From Euglena gracilis (taxonomy: Eukaryota): a DNA stretch of 64,000 nt. Under the pieces are notes generated by a model. The model saw only the letters and a program-made list of their open reading frames with translations, was not told where the DNA came from and made no database searches. This document shows positions 1-13,090 of this stretch, piece after piece (the first letter of the stretch is position 1; the number at the start of each line of letters is the position of its first letter). Both the position numbers and the translations under genes were made by a program. The DNA lies in NCBI GenBank assembly GCA_039621445.1, contig CP154954.1, positions 3,043,715-3,107,714 of the forward strand, read 5' to 3'.

Positions 1-2689
1 CTCGTGNNNNNNNNNNNNNNTGTGTGCCCATCCACGCACACGCACTGTACCACAGTCGTTGTAGTTGTAGTTGTAGTTGGAGTTGAAGCAGTATCCAAGG
101 GGGTGGTCCCTATGGTCGTGTTAATCCAAACAGCTCATTTTTGTGGTGTTTACACCCAGTCTGGAAGAGGCACGCAATCATTCAGAATGCGCACCTGCGC
201 ACTCCGCTTCCGAAATGCGCGGATGCGCATTTTCACTAAAACTGCCTAAATTTTGTGACTCAACAAGAAAAGTGCATTCCGGCCGTGAGGTTCTTGATTT
301 TGGGGATGCAGGGCAATGCAAGGCGATGTCGGCATTTTTTGGCCACTGTTTGACGTTTTCAGCCATTTTGGCCACATTCGGCTGTTTTGTTTGCTGCTTT
401 GACCTTTTTTTGGCCATTTGAGGTCTTTTTGATTTGATTTTGATTTGAGGTTTATGGATCGTTGGACGAATCGTTACCGGCATATGGGGGCGAACCATTC
501 AGGCTGTTTTTCTGTTGACACAGGGACTGGGGTGAAACTTTGCAATGGTCAACATAAAGTTTTTCGGGAAAAGAAATATCGGCAGTATCTTGGCAAATTT
601 TGTGTCAACGTCTTGAAGAAGGAACCAGCAGCACCAGCCCAACAAGGTAGCGGAGGCAGCTATCCCCTCAGACCAAAGCGCCCCCCCCCCCGGGTGGCAA
701 CACTTGTTGGGGCCACAATGGATGGCCAAGTATGCACGGTAAGAGTTTCGGTAGGCTGTGCACAAATTGGCGAAGAATATTAAAATTTTGCGGCCAAGGT
801 TGCAAGTTGTGGCTGCAGGCCAACTTTAACAAGGCCAAGTTAAAAAAGGAAAAGAAAGGACAAGTGGTGTAACGGCCCGCAGTGCCACTGGCAGTGCCAC
901 CGCAATTCACCCCACACCTGCGTGGCACCTCCCTCCAGGGGACAGATGGGTTTTCGAGAACCAAAGCAACCAGGGGGGTGGGGGCGGGGGAGGTGCACCA
1001 TGGGCCAGTCTGTCGTGTCCCGACCGAAGGCCAGACCGAAACTTTTTTTTGAAAGACTTCCAGCCGAGTTTGTGTTTGTGGGAGGGTGGACCCCCCCTCC
1101 CCAACTGCCAGGGGGGTTGATCAATTTTTTTGTGGATCCGCCCGCCAGCTGGGGAATGATTTGCGAGCTAGGGGCTTCCTGCTTTTGAAAACGGCTTTCC
1201 TGATAAAGGTCGTACTGAGCTCGAATCTCCCCTCTGGACCCCAGTTCATAATTTTCATCCCCAGTTGTGGAAATTTTGGAAGTTCTCCACCTTATCCCGT
1301 CCACGCCATGTTGTTGACACTCACCCCTTTCCTGGTTATTTGCTGTTTTCATTATTGTTACCATCCCGTTGCACCCCTGCCCCCTTGTCAAAGCGACATT
1401 CCTGGAGCAATCAAACCGCATCAAAGGTTTCAAGGTTCTTAGGCGGCCTAACTCGCACTTAAGGTTTTCATTTTTAGCTTGCGCTTTGGCGCAAATTTTC
1501 GATTTCTTTGAGACCCGGCGGTAGAACCCACCCTTTTGACCCTCTGGTTCCGCGGAGACCCTCCACGGTGGCGTGTGCATCGTTTTCCGATGTTGGGACC
1601 CGGGGAACAGGCCCAATTTTGGTGTTTTTCAGCCTGTGCACCATTTTGAAAAAGGTCCAAAACCCTGGGTTTGACCGCCGAGACACGTGAATTTTCCCAA
1701 AAATGGGCCAAAACCCCCGTTGTGAGTCCCTCGTTTTTGAAGCCTTGGCTGTGTTCCCCGGATGGTGTCACACAGTCCAGGTGACAATTGGCCCTTTTTG
1801 TTGTTTTTTTGGCTCTGTGATATGTCTGTGAAGAGTTTGGTTGCTGAGGCATCCAGAGGGCGGACTCTACACACACGTCGTGAAAAGTTGGAAAAAACGG
1901 CGTGTCACAGAGTTGTGATCCTTGGGTGCTTGAAGCGTGAGGAGCGGTGCAGCGGGAACCACCCTGGTGGGGGGGTTGGGGGGGACTGAGGGCAAGCCCA
2001 GGGACCTGTCCCAACGTCTGGTGAGCAACGTCAGGCCCCACACTGCCGGGCACAGAAGGCAATGGTTATGGACATTTGCGCTTAAGCGCAAATTTTTAGC
2101 TTGCGCTTAAGCGCAAATTAAAAATTTGCGCTTAGGCGCAAGCTAAAACAGAAGCCCCCTGTGTGGTATGTAATGAGTCACATCCCGAATGCCCAGATGG
2201 TGGCTGCTTTCTACATTGTCACATGACAATTTTTTTTGCGAATCATATGCAGAGAGACGAGGGGCACGAGGAGAATTGGTCTTTTTTAGGAGCCCCCAGC
2301 CGCCTTTGGTATTAGAGAGTCTCCAGTGGTTGATGCGATTCCGGTGAGGATGTCATTTTAAAACAGCTTGAAACGCCGGCGGAACCTTTTTTTGACCACC
2401 ATGCTATAAACCAGCGGTGGTCTAGTTCCAGGAAAAAAAAAAGTCAACTCCGAACGCTTCCCCCCAAAAGACAAAGCGCCCTCTTCTTCAAAAGAAAAGT
2501 AATTGCGCACCAATTCCTCTATCAAACAGCTTTCCCTTTCCACAATCCTTGCAGGAATTTTTTGAAATTTTCTTGACTGCCACGTCACCAGTGTTGACTC
2601 ACGGACTCAGCCCACCCAATATGCCTGCATTCTTTAAAATTCAAAATTGAAAACTCCTGAACTCAATGCTTACTGCTTCAGACGAAAAC

Positions 2690-3560
2690 ACCGTACTGTC
2701 GGAAGGAGAAAATCCTTGGAAGTGTGTGGGAGGTCCGCTGGTCCACTGGGAGAGAGGTGAAGGACGGGTGCACATGGGGAGATGAGGGTCCAGACAGGGT
2801 GCGCAGAGGAAGGGTCCGCACACGGGAAAGGTCCTCCAGGGAAAGGGGCTTTTGTGCACACGGGTCCAGGGCAGTGGGCGGTCCTCAGGTTCAGGGACAG
2901 GGAGAACAGGCTGGAGAGGGCTGACGTCTCCGACCGGCCGGATCCCGCGGACACGGCCGTCACGCTTGGGGCTCACCATCCGCTGGTGCACTCTGCACTT
3001 TCCCCCTGAACCTGGTCCTGAACTCCCAAAACTGAACCTTCAAAACCTCAGCGCAGACTGAAATCTGTTTGCGCCAACGCGCAAATGCATTCTCCCAAAA
3101 AGTGAAAACCAGTATCCACTCCAGGGGGAACATTCAACCCACTGTACCATTGCATCATTCTGGACACAGTGTGTAAAATGAGCAGTGGGTAAACTCCAGG
3201 CAGGACAGGAACAACAGCGGGTGGTCTCCGGGCTGCGCTGCGCTGGTCACCCCGGGGCTTGCACTTAGTCAATTGCCCATGAAAACGCTCCATAAAAGCG
3301 TGAAATACCTCATGTAAGCGTCCCCAGCATGTTTGTTGAAAAAAATAAAAAAAGCAAACAAAAAAAAAACACATACCACAGGTTTCGTTGGAAGATGCCG
3401 AACAACAGAGCTGGTCTGACTGGATGTATTGTCTCATCAAAAAAAACCAAGTGCAACAACCCCTGCGGCAGCCTGTATATGGTGAAGGAGACCAGCGTTG
3501 CTGTCCTCCGCGCAGGACAGCTTGCGCTCAGGGTGTGAGTGGGTGGCGTGCTGCCTTGCG
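2690..3560 (-). pseudogene. Degenerate GC-rich coding-like patches inside copy 1, product unknown
   Basis: GC3-biased patches at ~2700-3000, 3120-3330 and 3450-3540, with Cys pairs (CPGPVC, CAPC) in different frames. No continuous ORF; strand not certain. Confidence 0.3.
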
Positions 3561-3867
3561 AACTGATAACACTATCCAAAAAAAAGAGGGTTACTAAATG
3601 TATTTGCGCGTTGGCGCAAATACATTTAGTTCTTATTCACAGAACACAGCTTGCATATCATCCACCGGGGTGCACCCATGACGTTTGAAATAACCAACCT
3701 GGTCACTCAACAGGTAGGTACACACTGAAACACTCCAGGAATACAAAGCATCATAATCCCATCCGCCTTTGCGCTTTCGCGCAAAGGCGGATGGCTGATA
3801 CACCAATTTGACCCACTGTCAGGGGATGGGGATCGGGAACCAGGGTAGCACGTCCCTCCGTTGGGAA

Positions 3868-3975
3868 TCACTTCTTCCCGCCGGCCCCGGTACCGCGGTG
3901 CCGCTGCAGGCGCTTGCTCAGCGCTCCTGCCGCTTCCGCCGCAGCCGGAGGTGTAGTGCCAGCGCTCTCCTTCGC
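3868..3975 (-). pseudogene. Remnant resembling the C-terminal end of the copy-2 gene
   Basis: Reads TPPAAAEAAGALSKRLQRHRGTGAGGKK* versus KPAAASESLAKRLSKHKK* in copy 2, on the same strand relative to the TIRs. Confidence 0.45.
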
Positions 3976-6874
3976 TGTAGGCTTGTAATGTAATTGCGTT
4001 TGCGCCAACGCGCAAATCTGATTACATTTGCGCCAACGCGCAAATACAACTGTACACAGCCCTAAAAAGGTTAATGTTCATACCCTGTCAGAGGGATGGG
4101 TTGTTTGTATCTCTTGTGGCTCATCATAATTTAAATTGAATACATCTTGAATCATGACCAGGAAAACGTTACAGAAACTTTCACCTTGGTGTGTTTCAAT
4201 TGAGGCTGATGCTAGGAAGTCCCGACACATTTGCGCTAAAGCGCAAACGTGTCGGGTGAAAATGGTGTATCAGAAAGGCACTGAAGGTTATGTTGTAAAG
4301 GCACTGTGAGTGATGGTAAAAAAAAGAAGCACTGCACTTTGACGGCAAGGTAACAAACTAACAGCGTTAACCACGCACACAGCAGCAAATACCCATTGCG
4401 CGCAGGCGCGATGGGTATTTGCTGCACGAAGGGATACATTTTCTGAAATTCTCCGTTCTAATACAACAGGCCAAAGGAATGTCAGAGAAAACAAGGCAAT
4501 GGACACGCAGTATTGGTGTCAATGAAAAGTGGGGAGATAGATTGAAAGCAAACATCACAATGTTTCTAATGTGGCACAGGAACTCCAATGGATAAAATTT
4601 CCATTGGTATTCTGAAACGATTTATAGATTGAGTTTGACCTGTGGGGGAGCACCGATTTAAATAGAAAACGCACACAAAAACAGAGAAGAAACGGGCGGC
4701 TGCAGTCAAACCCGGGGAGAGAGAGAGTCTTAACTAGCGCGATAGGACCAATCAGATAGCACGTGAAGGAGAGGTTGTTGGGTGGTACAAGTACAAGGAG
4801 ACAGTAGGTATTTGTCAACAAATTGTGTTCACTGAGAGAGAGAGACTTAATTCGCAGTGGACACACAACAAATAAATTCCAGTTTTAATTAGAAGCACAT
4901 CGCGATTTTTTTTGATTTTTAAAAAGAGTTCACAGTCGGATGTCAAGGCCCGGATTTGACTGTCATACGGTCAAGCACAACGGAGTGGGGAGCAGGCGTA
5001 ACACATCTGAGGCACAACACCCATCAACACAACACTCAACTAAAAACTCAGTCGCTGTGTACACAATCAACCGTAAGTACGGATTTGCATCCTCGTGGGA
5101 GAGAAAGTGACAACTCAGGATTCCAGAAGACAAAAAAAAAACCAGGAACAAATGCAGTGGCAACACTGCCGTGACAAGGTCATTGACACTTTCTGAAATT
5201 GTACTGGCTTACTAAAACATCGAACACCGTGGGACATAGACAGACTTACTGGTGCACAGTAAGTCACCGACTGGTACACTGGTCAGCCATGGTCGGGTCA
5301 TGGCTTGGTATTCTTAAAAGTCAAGGATTGTTTGTTGGAGAGAGTCCTGTGAGTGACTCTATTCACACAAGGCTTACGCAGTTTGCGCCCTCCACATTAA
5401 ACGTGTTTGCGCGTTAGCGCAATACACCTACTCACACAGTTTTTAAAAATTGTATTTCTATTTGCGCTTTGGCGCAAGGTAACTCGTAAATTTCCATCCT
5501 TCATGGGCCTACCCCTTGCGCTTTGGCGCAAATGGAAACACATGTTGACTCAAAAGTTGTTATCATTGTTCAAATGCGGCAATGGTCACCCACGTGTTGA
5601 ATCACAAAAAAGTCAAAAATTTGCGCCAAAGCGCAAATGGTTTTATTTTTTGTAATTTCAAAAATTTGCGCCAAAGCGCAAATGAGTAAGAGTAATCCCC
5701 TCGTTTCATCACCCGCCGCTTTGTGTTCATGCACACCGGGACCCGGGAGCGCTGTGCCCGTGGACCGTGGAGTTCCTAGTCGTTGCTTTCGTCCCCAGGC
5801 CCTGGGGTGCAGGGACACACTTTTTTCAGACTGTCTCGAGTCTCAGGCCACGGTTGTCGAAAACCAAACTTTTTTGGGGATTTGCGCGTTGGCGCAAATT
5901 TACAGTCATTTTCAAAGCTAAGTGCGAGTTAGGCCGCCTAAGAGGTTAGTTAAGTTTGAATTTTTACTCGGAAATAAACAAAGTTCCATTAAACATATCG
6001 TCTTTTTTTTTCAAAATAAATTTTCAAAAATGAGTGTTTGGGGTTTTGACTTCTTCTTTTTGAAGGGGGAAAAGAGAGGTTTCTCATTTCGTTTTATGGT
6101 CCATCTTTCCAACTCGTACTTCCTCTTTGTGTGGGCAACACCACTCTGATTCATATTTTCCAATGCTTAGACCGGCTGGCCAATGCGGTTTGGGGCTGGC
6201 AAGGCGGCAGTCATTGGAAAATGATTTGCCAGCGGGAGTGTCTGTGGGTTCACTGAACTGACTGTGTTCACTGAACTGACTCCCACAACAAGCAAAACTG
6301 CTTGGAAAGTGCCAAGAATCCGCACCGATCACAGTTCCATAAGTGCATAAGTTGTTTTCAGACTGTCCAGGGTCCAGGGTTTCATCGTGTTTGCAAATTT
6401 CCAAAAAGTGTTTTTGTTTGCGATCTGCTTTAAGCTTGGCCATTTGAATTTTACTCTGAAATTCTTGATATGCAATGGTCCACAAACTTGGCACAATTTT
6501 CCTCTTGGGGGACTTCATCTTGTTGCAGTTTCCAATGTTCTGTGTGTTTTTCTGTGGTTTGTGTGGTGATGTAGCCAGGAGGAGTAAGGGAGAAATCCTC
6601 AAATGTGTGACTATGTTCACTGTGTTGTGTCTCCCCTCACAACAAAAAACTGCTGTTGGAAGCCAAGAATCCGCACCCCGACCTCACCCCCCCCATACTT
6701 TTTCAGCTCCGTGGTAGGGTCCAGGCATTTTCCCCCTCCCCCCCCCCCCCCCCCCCCTCCCTGTCTCGGCCTTTTGCCTCCCCCCCCCCTTACCCCCTTG
6801 ACCCCCCCCCCCCCTTTAATGTGCCAATTTGATCCCCAAAAGTCCCCCCCTACACCCGGCTTTACCATCAGAGG

Positions 6875-6912
<38 letters not shown>

Positions 6913-7158
6913 TGTAGCCATCCCTCGGGAGAAAGCATGCTTGCTTATGGGGTCCTCCGCAATTTGCATTGATGTCCCATTCCTGACTCACCCACAAATA
7001 GAAGAACAGGTGCGCTCGTGGTCCGACGATGGGGTGCATTTTTATGTGGACACTGCGCTTGCAGCGACCCTGTGCTTCTTAAAAGGAAGGTTATGCCCCG
7101 GAGGGGGGGGGACATGGCTGGGGCGATGTGTTTGGCAGGGGTAATTGAAGCATTAAGG

Positions 7159-8002
7159 CAGGCCGGGAGGCATTAATCCTGCAGAATTTGCATAATTTTT
7201 GCAATAATTTTAACAACAACAACAACAATAATTTGCATATAATTTGCATAATACTTTTTTAGGGGACAACAAGAAAAGGGCTGGAAAGCATTTGAGAAGG
7301 TTGCTGTCTGCCAATGACCCAAAGGGAACTCCCCCGCCCTTTTTTGCATTTTCGGATTTTTCGCACAATGCATATATTTATTATAATTATATATAATATA
7401 TATACATGTATATATAAGCGAATATTTATTATAAAGATATATAGAGATAGAGGAGAGAGATAGAGAGGGTAGAGAGGGAGATACGAGAGATATAGGAGGA
7501 TAGAGAAGGAGAGAGAGAATAATAATATATATATCTAGATATAGTAGAGAGATAGAGAGGAGAGAGAGGAGATATCTAGATCTATATAAAGATATATTAT
7601 CGTAGATATATATATAGATCTAGATAGATCTAGATCTTCTCTCTCTATAGATATATTATATCTCTTATATTATATATACATGTATAGAAGCGAATATTAT
7701 ATTATATATATAAGAGAGATATATATAGAGAGAGATATATAGTTCTATATATATATGTATATCTGTCTCTCTCTATATATCTTATATAGATGATATATAT
7801 ATATATATATCTCTATATATATCTCTCTAATATATATATATCTATCTCTATATATATATATATATATATGAGCGACCAAACAGTGGCCAAAAGGATTTTA
7901 TGCCGCATTTCTCACCCGCACAAATCCGTATAATTGCCGCATAATCCGAATTATTCCCCCCCCCCCCGCATAATTCCGACAATTATTGCCTTGCCGACAA
8001 TG
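7159..8002. mobile_element. hAT-like non-autonomous element with 8-bp TSD CATTAAGG and an AT/AG low-complexity core
   Basis: CATTAAGG at 7151-7158 and 8003-8010. Imperfect TIRs CAGGCCGGGAGGCATTAAT / ATTATTGCCTTGCCGACAATG. Subterminal GCATAAT repeats. Confidence 0.7.
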
Positions 8003-11000
8003 CATTAAGGATAAGTGACATGCAGTCTGAGGCCCTGGGCTTTCAGCTCCATTTCAGCATCCTGGACCTCCCACATCTGTAGCCCTACCCCAGACCACTT
8101 CGCCACCTGTGGTTGCTATCCACTGGTTCCTATATCCGGCGGCCTCCCCTTCCCTCTGTACATCGCCTGTACACGGACCAGAGATTTTTTTTCTTCAGTT
8201 TGGTGACCGGGGGGTGGTTCCAGACCCCCCCCCCTAAAAAAAGTCCTGCTCCGACAAGCAGTGTGCTGGTCCACTCAGCCCACTTACGACCGCCGTTGTA
8301 CTTTTTTTTGAAGGCGATGACACAAGATTGCGAAAGGTGCCAAAGTGAAAAGGCCAAAGGTGCTGAAAAAGCTATTTGGGGGGAGTTGTTGGAGTGTCTG
8401 TGGCCTTTTGCGGTCAGTTTCAACAGCTTTGGATCCCCTCCACACTCTTGGCCGCCATATTCCCCACATGCAAAGTTGGCCCAAAAGTTGGCCTTCGGCC
8501 GTGACGTGCAATCTTGTCACCCCGTTAGGCTCTTTTGGCTTATTTATCATGGCCTAAATTCTTAACACTCGACTTTTCCCCAAAATTGCCCTCGGGCCGT
8601 ACCTTCAATCGTGGCCCGTGCCAAGTGCCTGGGAAAGGATGGATGGATGGGTTCCAACTCCATTTGAGTTCCCTTTGTTTGCTTAATCAACGATCCCAAA
8701 AATTTAGAATCTTTTAACGATTCCTTAATTCTGCAAAAATGAATTTGACAAAGGAAAATTTATTTTTTGTTTTCTTTTTATTTATTTATTTTTATCTTGT
8801 TATATTTTATTTCACTTATTTTTTTTGCCAATTGCCTTTCATTCATTTTTGAATTTCTTTTAGCCAACAAATTGCATTTGTCGAAGTCAGAGCTCAAAAA
8901 AATTTTGTGGCACTCATACCTGTCGAATTCCCACTCCTTGTGTTTTTTTGTGGTTTATTTGTTTATTTGCGTTTTGTTCTGTTGCATTTGTTGAGACTCC
9001 ATGTTGAATCTCAACCCCCCCACAGTTATGAACCACACACTTACAGTGTCCACGTATGGTCTACATCGCTCAGTTTGGGGGGATGCACCCTCTCCTTGGT
9101 CATTGATCGCATGTTTGGCAGATGTCGATCAGTTTCAATGGCAGCCAATGGCAGTCAATTAATTAGTTTCAATGCCCTGTAGCAGGTGTACGTACAGAAC
9201 GCACACAGTCACCAGAGGCCTTTTTTTATATTTAAATTGGTGCCTGGTGCTGGAAGGGGTTTTTTTTTATCCTGTTTTTTTTTGGGACAAAAAGCCCGAA
9301 TTTTCGACCCATCATCGAAAATCAACTCACAGAGGGGGTCGCCGAAGGGGAAGCCCTCCCACCCCCCCAGGCCCAGGGGTTATACCCCCCCCCACCCAAA
9401 ACCACCCAAAACTGATTTTTTGTCATTTTTTTTTTGAGACCGACCATTATCAAAAATGTCATTTTGACCAAATTTGCCGAAAATTTCGGGGTCATTTTGG
9501 GGGGTCCAAAACCATCTTCACTTGCTTTTTCTGGCACAACACATTCGTTTTTTTTTTTTAGCTTTCCAGCCAACACAAGATGATGGAAAATTTTTGAACC
9601 CCCCCCCCCTGTACGAAGAAAGGTACGCAGGAAAGGTCAGTCGCACCAAAAAGGACACCAAATCAAAATGCATAGGGGTTCATGTTCTTGCCAAAGATGA
9701 ACAACATCTCACCAAATCAAGCCAGAAAAGATTCTGTTCTCTTTTTCCTGAGAAAATAGCTTGATGGAAGCACACAAGAAGCACAAAAAAAATGAAATAA
9801 AAGTGAGACGACGTCAAGGAAAATATCTGAGGATTTTTTGGAACCCATTGAGTCTGCCTTCACCCACCCACTACTCTAAGTCCAGGTTTGGTTGGTGGGA
9901 GGGGGGGGTACAAGTGAGGTGAGTTTACAAGTGGGGGGGGGTTAGAGGGGAAGGGAAATTGTTCGTGTTTGGTTCACCCTCCTTCGCATGAATGGCAGCA
10001 GAAGCTCTTTCAAAGCAGAGCTTTTATTTGTTGACTTTTTGTCCGTCTGTCTTTTTTTTTTGCGGTGGCCGCCTCCGCCAAAGCCAAAAGCGGGTTCTCG
10101 CCGTCCTCTCCAAACCCCAATGCATATATCAAGGAAGTTTATTACTATTTCAAACCGAGCTTGCTTTGGTGGGAGCGGTCGGGGAGAGCGGCCTGCTCGC
10201 TTCTGATTTGGGGCATTCTTTGGTTTCCAGTTTAACCAGCCCCTTTTTTATTGACCCCCGGGTCCCTCAGCAATCCTCTGACTCATTTCACTTAAACCCC
10301 CCCCAATTAGAAGCCCCCCCCCCAAATAACAATCCCCCAAATAGAAGCCCCCCCCCCTCAGGTTTCCCACCAAAAATCCAAATAACATTTCATTTAGGCC
10401 TGTGATGGGTCACACAACTCAAAACAAATCAGCAGGACAGAACCTTTGGGCACGGTGGCCCAACAGTGCCAAAAACAATGGATCCCTGCGACCACTACTA
10501 AAGGCTGCAGGTCAGAGGGTTTGCATGACCCTCAGGGAAAAGACTTTATTTTGCCTTTGGAATTTTTTTTCCAGTCTGGCTACATCAAAGAGGGCGAATG
10601 GTGTGCGTTTGTCCATCCAGCTGGAACCGGCCACCGAAAATCCAGCAAAGGCTGGTTTGTGGGTTTCCAGCTAAAATTTAGAGGTATAACCCAGAAAAAC
10701 TGTTTTTGAGCCGAAAATGAGCGTTTTTCGACCCGCCGGCGCCCCGTTTTGGGCCGCCGACCCAGTGACTTTGGGTCGAACCCGGGTCAAAAAAGTCGAA
10801 AAAAATCGAAATTTTTTTTGCCCGAAACGATGTTTTTTGGCCTCCCGGACCCAGAAAAACTGTTTTGATCATTTTTGCCCCCCTTTCCTACAAAGATTTT
10901 TGCTGTTTCAAAGTTCGATGCCTGGCTCAGAAGCTTTTCTTCCCCTCAGGGGGAGAAAACCCACTTTTGGTTAACTCTATTTTTGGGTCAAACCTCCCTG

Positions 11001-12109
11001 AACCCTTCACACCTGAGCCAAGAACCCCTGAGTGTGAATTTGTTTTGGCAAAGAAGCAAATTTTTCCAAAGTCTTTCACAGCAGAATGTTGACAATCTGT
11101 TTTTTTTTTCTTCCAGAAGTCAGTGTATGTCAGTGCATGCCTTTTTGCAGTTGTGTGTACTTGTGTGCGGTTTTATACAGTGATTTTTTTTTGCCTGCCC
11201 GTGTGGATATTTTGCACCCCCCCCCCTGGGTATCCCCCCACTTTTCCATTTTTCCCCAAGGCACACATTTTTAGGCCAATGTTTTCATGCAAACTTTAGG
11301 AATAGCTGGGGGCCCTCACCCCCCCCCCATTCTGGCTTGGAGGTACCTGACCACCCCCCACCCATCAGGCGTTTCGGTGTGGCCCCGTTGATGTTGATAT
11401 GGCGGCTTGTCCACAAGCCCAGAGAGGGGACAGTTGGCCCAAAACCCCAACGGCTTCCACCCGCAACACGACCACTCCCTGACCCACTCCTTGCCTCCCA
11501 AGTGGATGGCGAGTGGATGTCCGTCATGCGCAGGCATCCCGATGCGCTGCAGCCCCTGCAATGTGGTCTGCGACAGAACTATGTGTGCGTGGGCTTTGTT
11601 GTCGGATTGTGTGTTTATTGCGGACCGAGCTGGGAGGAGAACCAGCGACCCGAGCTTCCTGAAAACAGCTGGATTCTTTTCCACCGACAGCAATTTTGAG
11701 AGACAGACCAGTTTTGAGAGGGGGAATTAAAATGGCAGTCAAAACAAATTGATGGTGAAGATATCACGGCAGCTGTTTTTTGTTGCACCCACCAATGGGT
11801 TCAAGCACCCCCCCCCCCAGCCCCAGGCGCTTGGCTCCACTCCTCCTTGCATGCGCACCTGTCCCCCTAAATCCCCCGGCTGGGGGGGGGGGTGGCCGAT
11901 TTGGGCCACAGAAATGAACCAAGATATTGGCCCGGAGGAGGTCAGGCAGATGGAAGGAGGGGTCCCGGATCTCCCAAGTGAAGTCATCGATGAACATTCA
12001 CTGGGGAGGGGTACCCTCGGCCGGTGAACCTCACCAGTTTGAGGCTCAGGGGTGAAATTTTGATGTGCCTCTTCTGTTGTGTATATTTTTTTGTTCTTTT
12101 TCCACACCC

Positions 12110-13090
12110 CCTGCTCAGCCTGCAGTCCAATTTTTGGCTGGTCTAGAGGTGACCGCACGTGGACTGGCACGGGGACTTGCACTGGCACCCGCACCGGCAC
12201 TGGCACTGGCATGGGCATGGGCAATTGCACCGGAACGGGCATGGGTCCACCAACACTGGCCTTTCCAACACACATCGGTGGGCCCCATCGAATTCGCGCT
12301 CCTACCTGTGAGGCACCCTCCGGGATGCTGCCTGCGCAGGGAGGGCTGGTCAAGGCCTCGGTGGCACCTTCGAGGGCTGGACACGGCCTCTGGGGCATCC
12401 TTCTGTATAGCACTTTGCATGAGGGTGAAGGCCTCAACGGCAACACTTGGGACGGCACCTGCACAGGGGGGAGGGCTACGCATTGCCACCGGGGCACCCT
12501 CTTGGATCACAACGCGGTTGATAGGGCTGCACGCGTCCCCCTCGGCACCCTCCAGATTGGCTCCGGCTCCACGAGGGGGGCTGCTCGAGGCCTCACGGGG
12601 CTGTGTTCAGCTGGATGTTGGTTGGAGGTTTGGGAAATGGCTGCAAACCCTCCGAAGCAAAACGGACCGCCCCGGCAATGGTGCGTCGTCGGCCCCTGGT
12701 GCCTGTGGTGTACTGTGCGGCTCTTAGGTGTGGACCTCCTCCTCCACAGCCTCGACGATAGGGGCTCCGAGAGGCAGTGTGGGGATGGCCGCCAGGGTGT
12801 CCAGGCAGGAGCTGAGATCGCTCATTTGTGCTTGGAGGTGGAACTGGGGGGACTTGCGGGGGCGGGGGTTGTGGTCGGTGTGGGACAAAGGTCTGCCAGA
12901 ACAATGGATTGTTGGCTTGCCTGATGTGTGGGGCTGGGTACCTGGGGTTTGGGGGGCACGAGCTGACCCTTGGGAGCGCAGGTATTGAAGCATCTTCCGA
13001 AACTAGTTCTGGAGCTCCTTGGTGCGGACATCGGAGGCCTGCCACCGGCGTTGCAGGAAGCAGCTCCAGACCGAACAATCGAGTTTCTCA
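12110..13090 (-). pseudogene. Degenerate coding-like sequence interrupted by transposon copy 2 (other part at ~22342-22570)
   Basis: One long minus-strand frame with scattered stops (…VWSCFLQRRWQASDVRTKELQN*FRKMLQYLRSQG…). GC-rich sequence continues beyond the right TSD. Product not recognised. Confidence 0.3.

Larger units (their letters stand above)
1438..5942. mobile_element. TIR DNA transposon copy 1 (non-autonomous, ~4.5 kb), CTTAGG-TIR family, 5-bp TSD AGGTT
   Basis: Left end CTTAGGCGGCCTAACTCGCACTTAAG (1438-1463). Right end 5917-5942 is its reverse complement for the outer 24 nt. AGGTT lies at both 1433-1437 and 5943-5947. About 16 internal TTTGCGC-N4-GCGCAAA palindromes. No long ORF. 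Confidence 0.92.

Noticed and set aside
1478-5898. Dispersed palindromes as a CRISPR-like array or integron attC sites
   Set aside because: Spacing is irregular (tens of bases to over 1 kb), units are only 18 bp, there is no cas or integrase gene, and the context is eukaryotic.
7375-7870. Irregular AT/AG tract (also 31500-31950 and 51435-51792)
   Set aside because: Degenerate microsatellite, possibly with sequencing noise; no higher-order structure seen.
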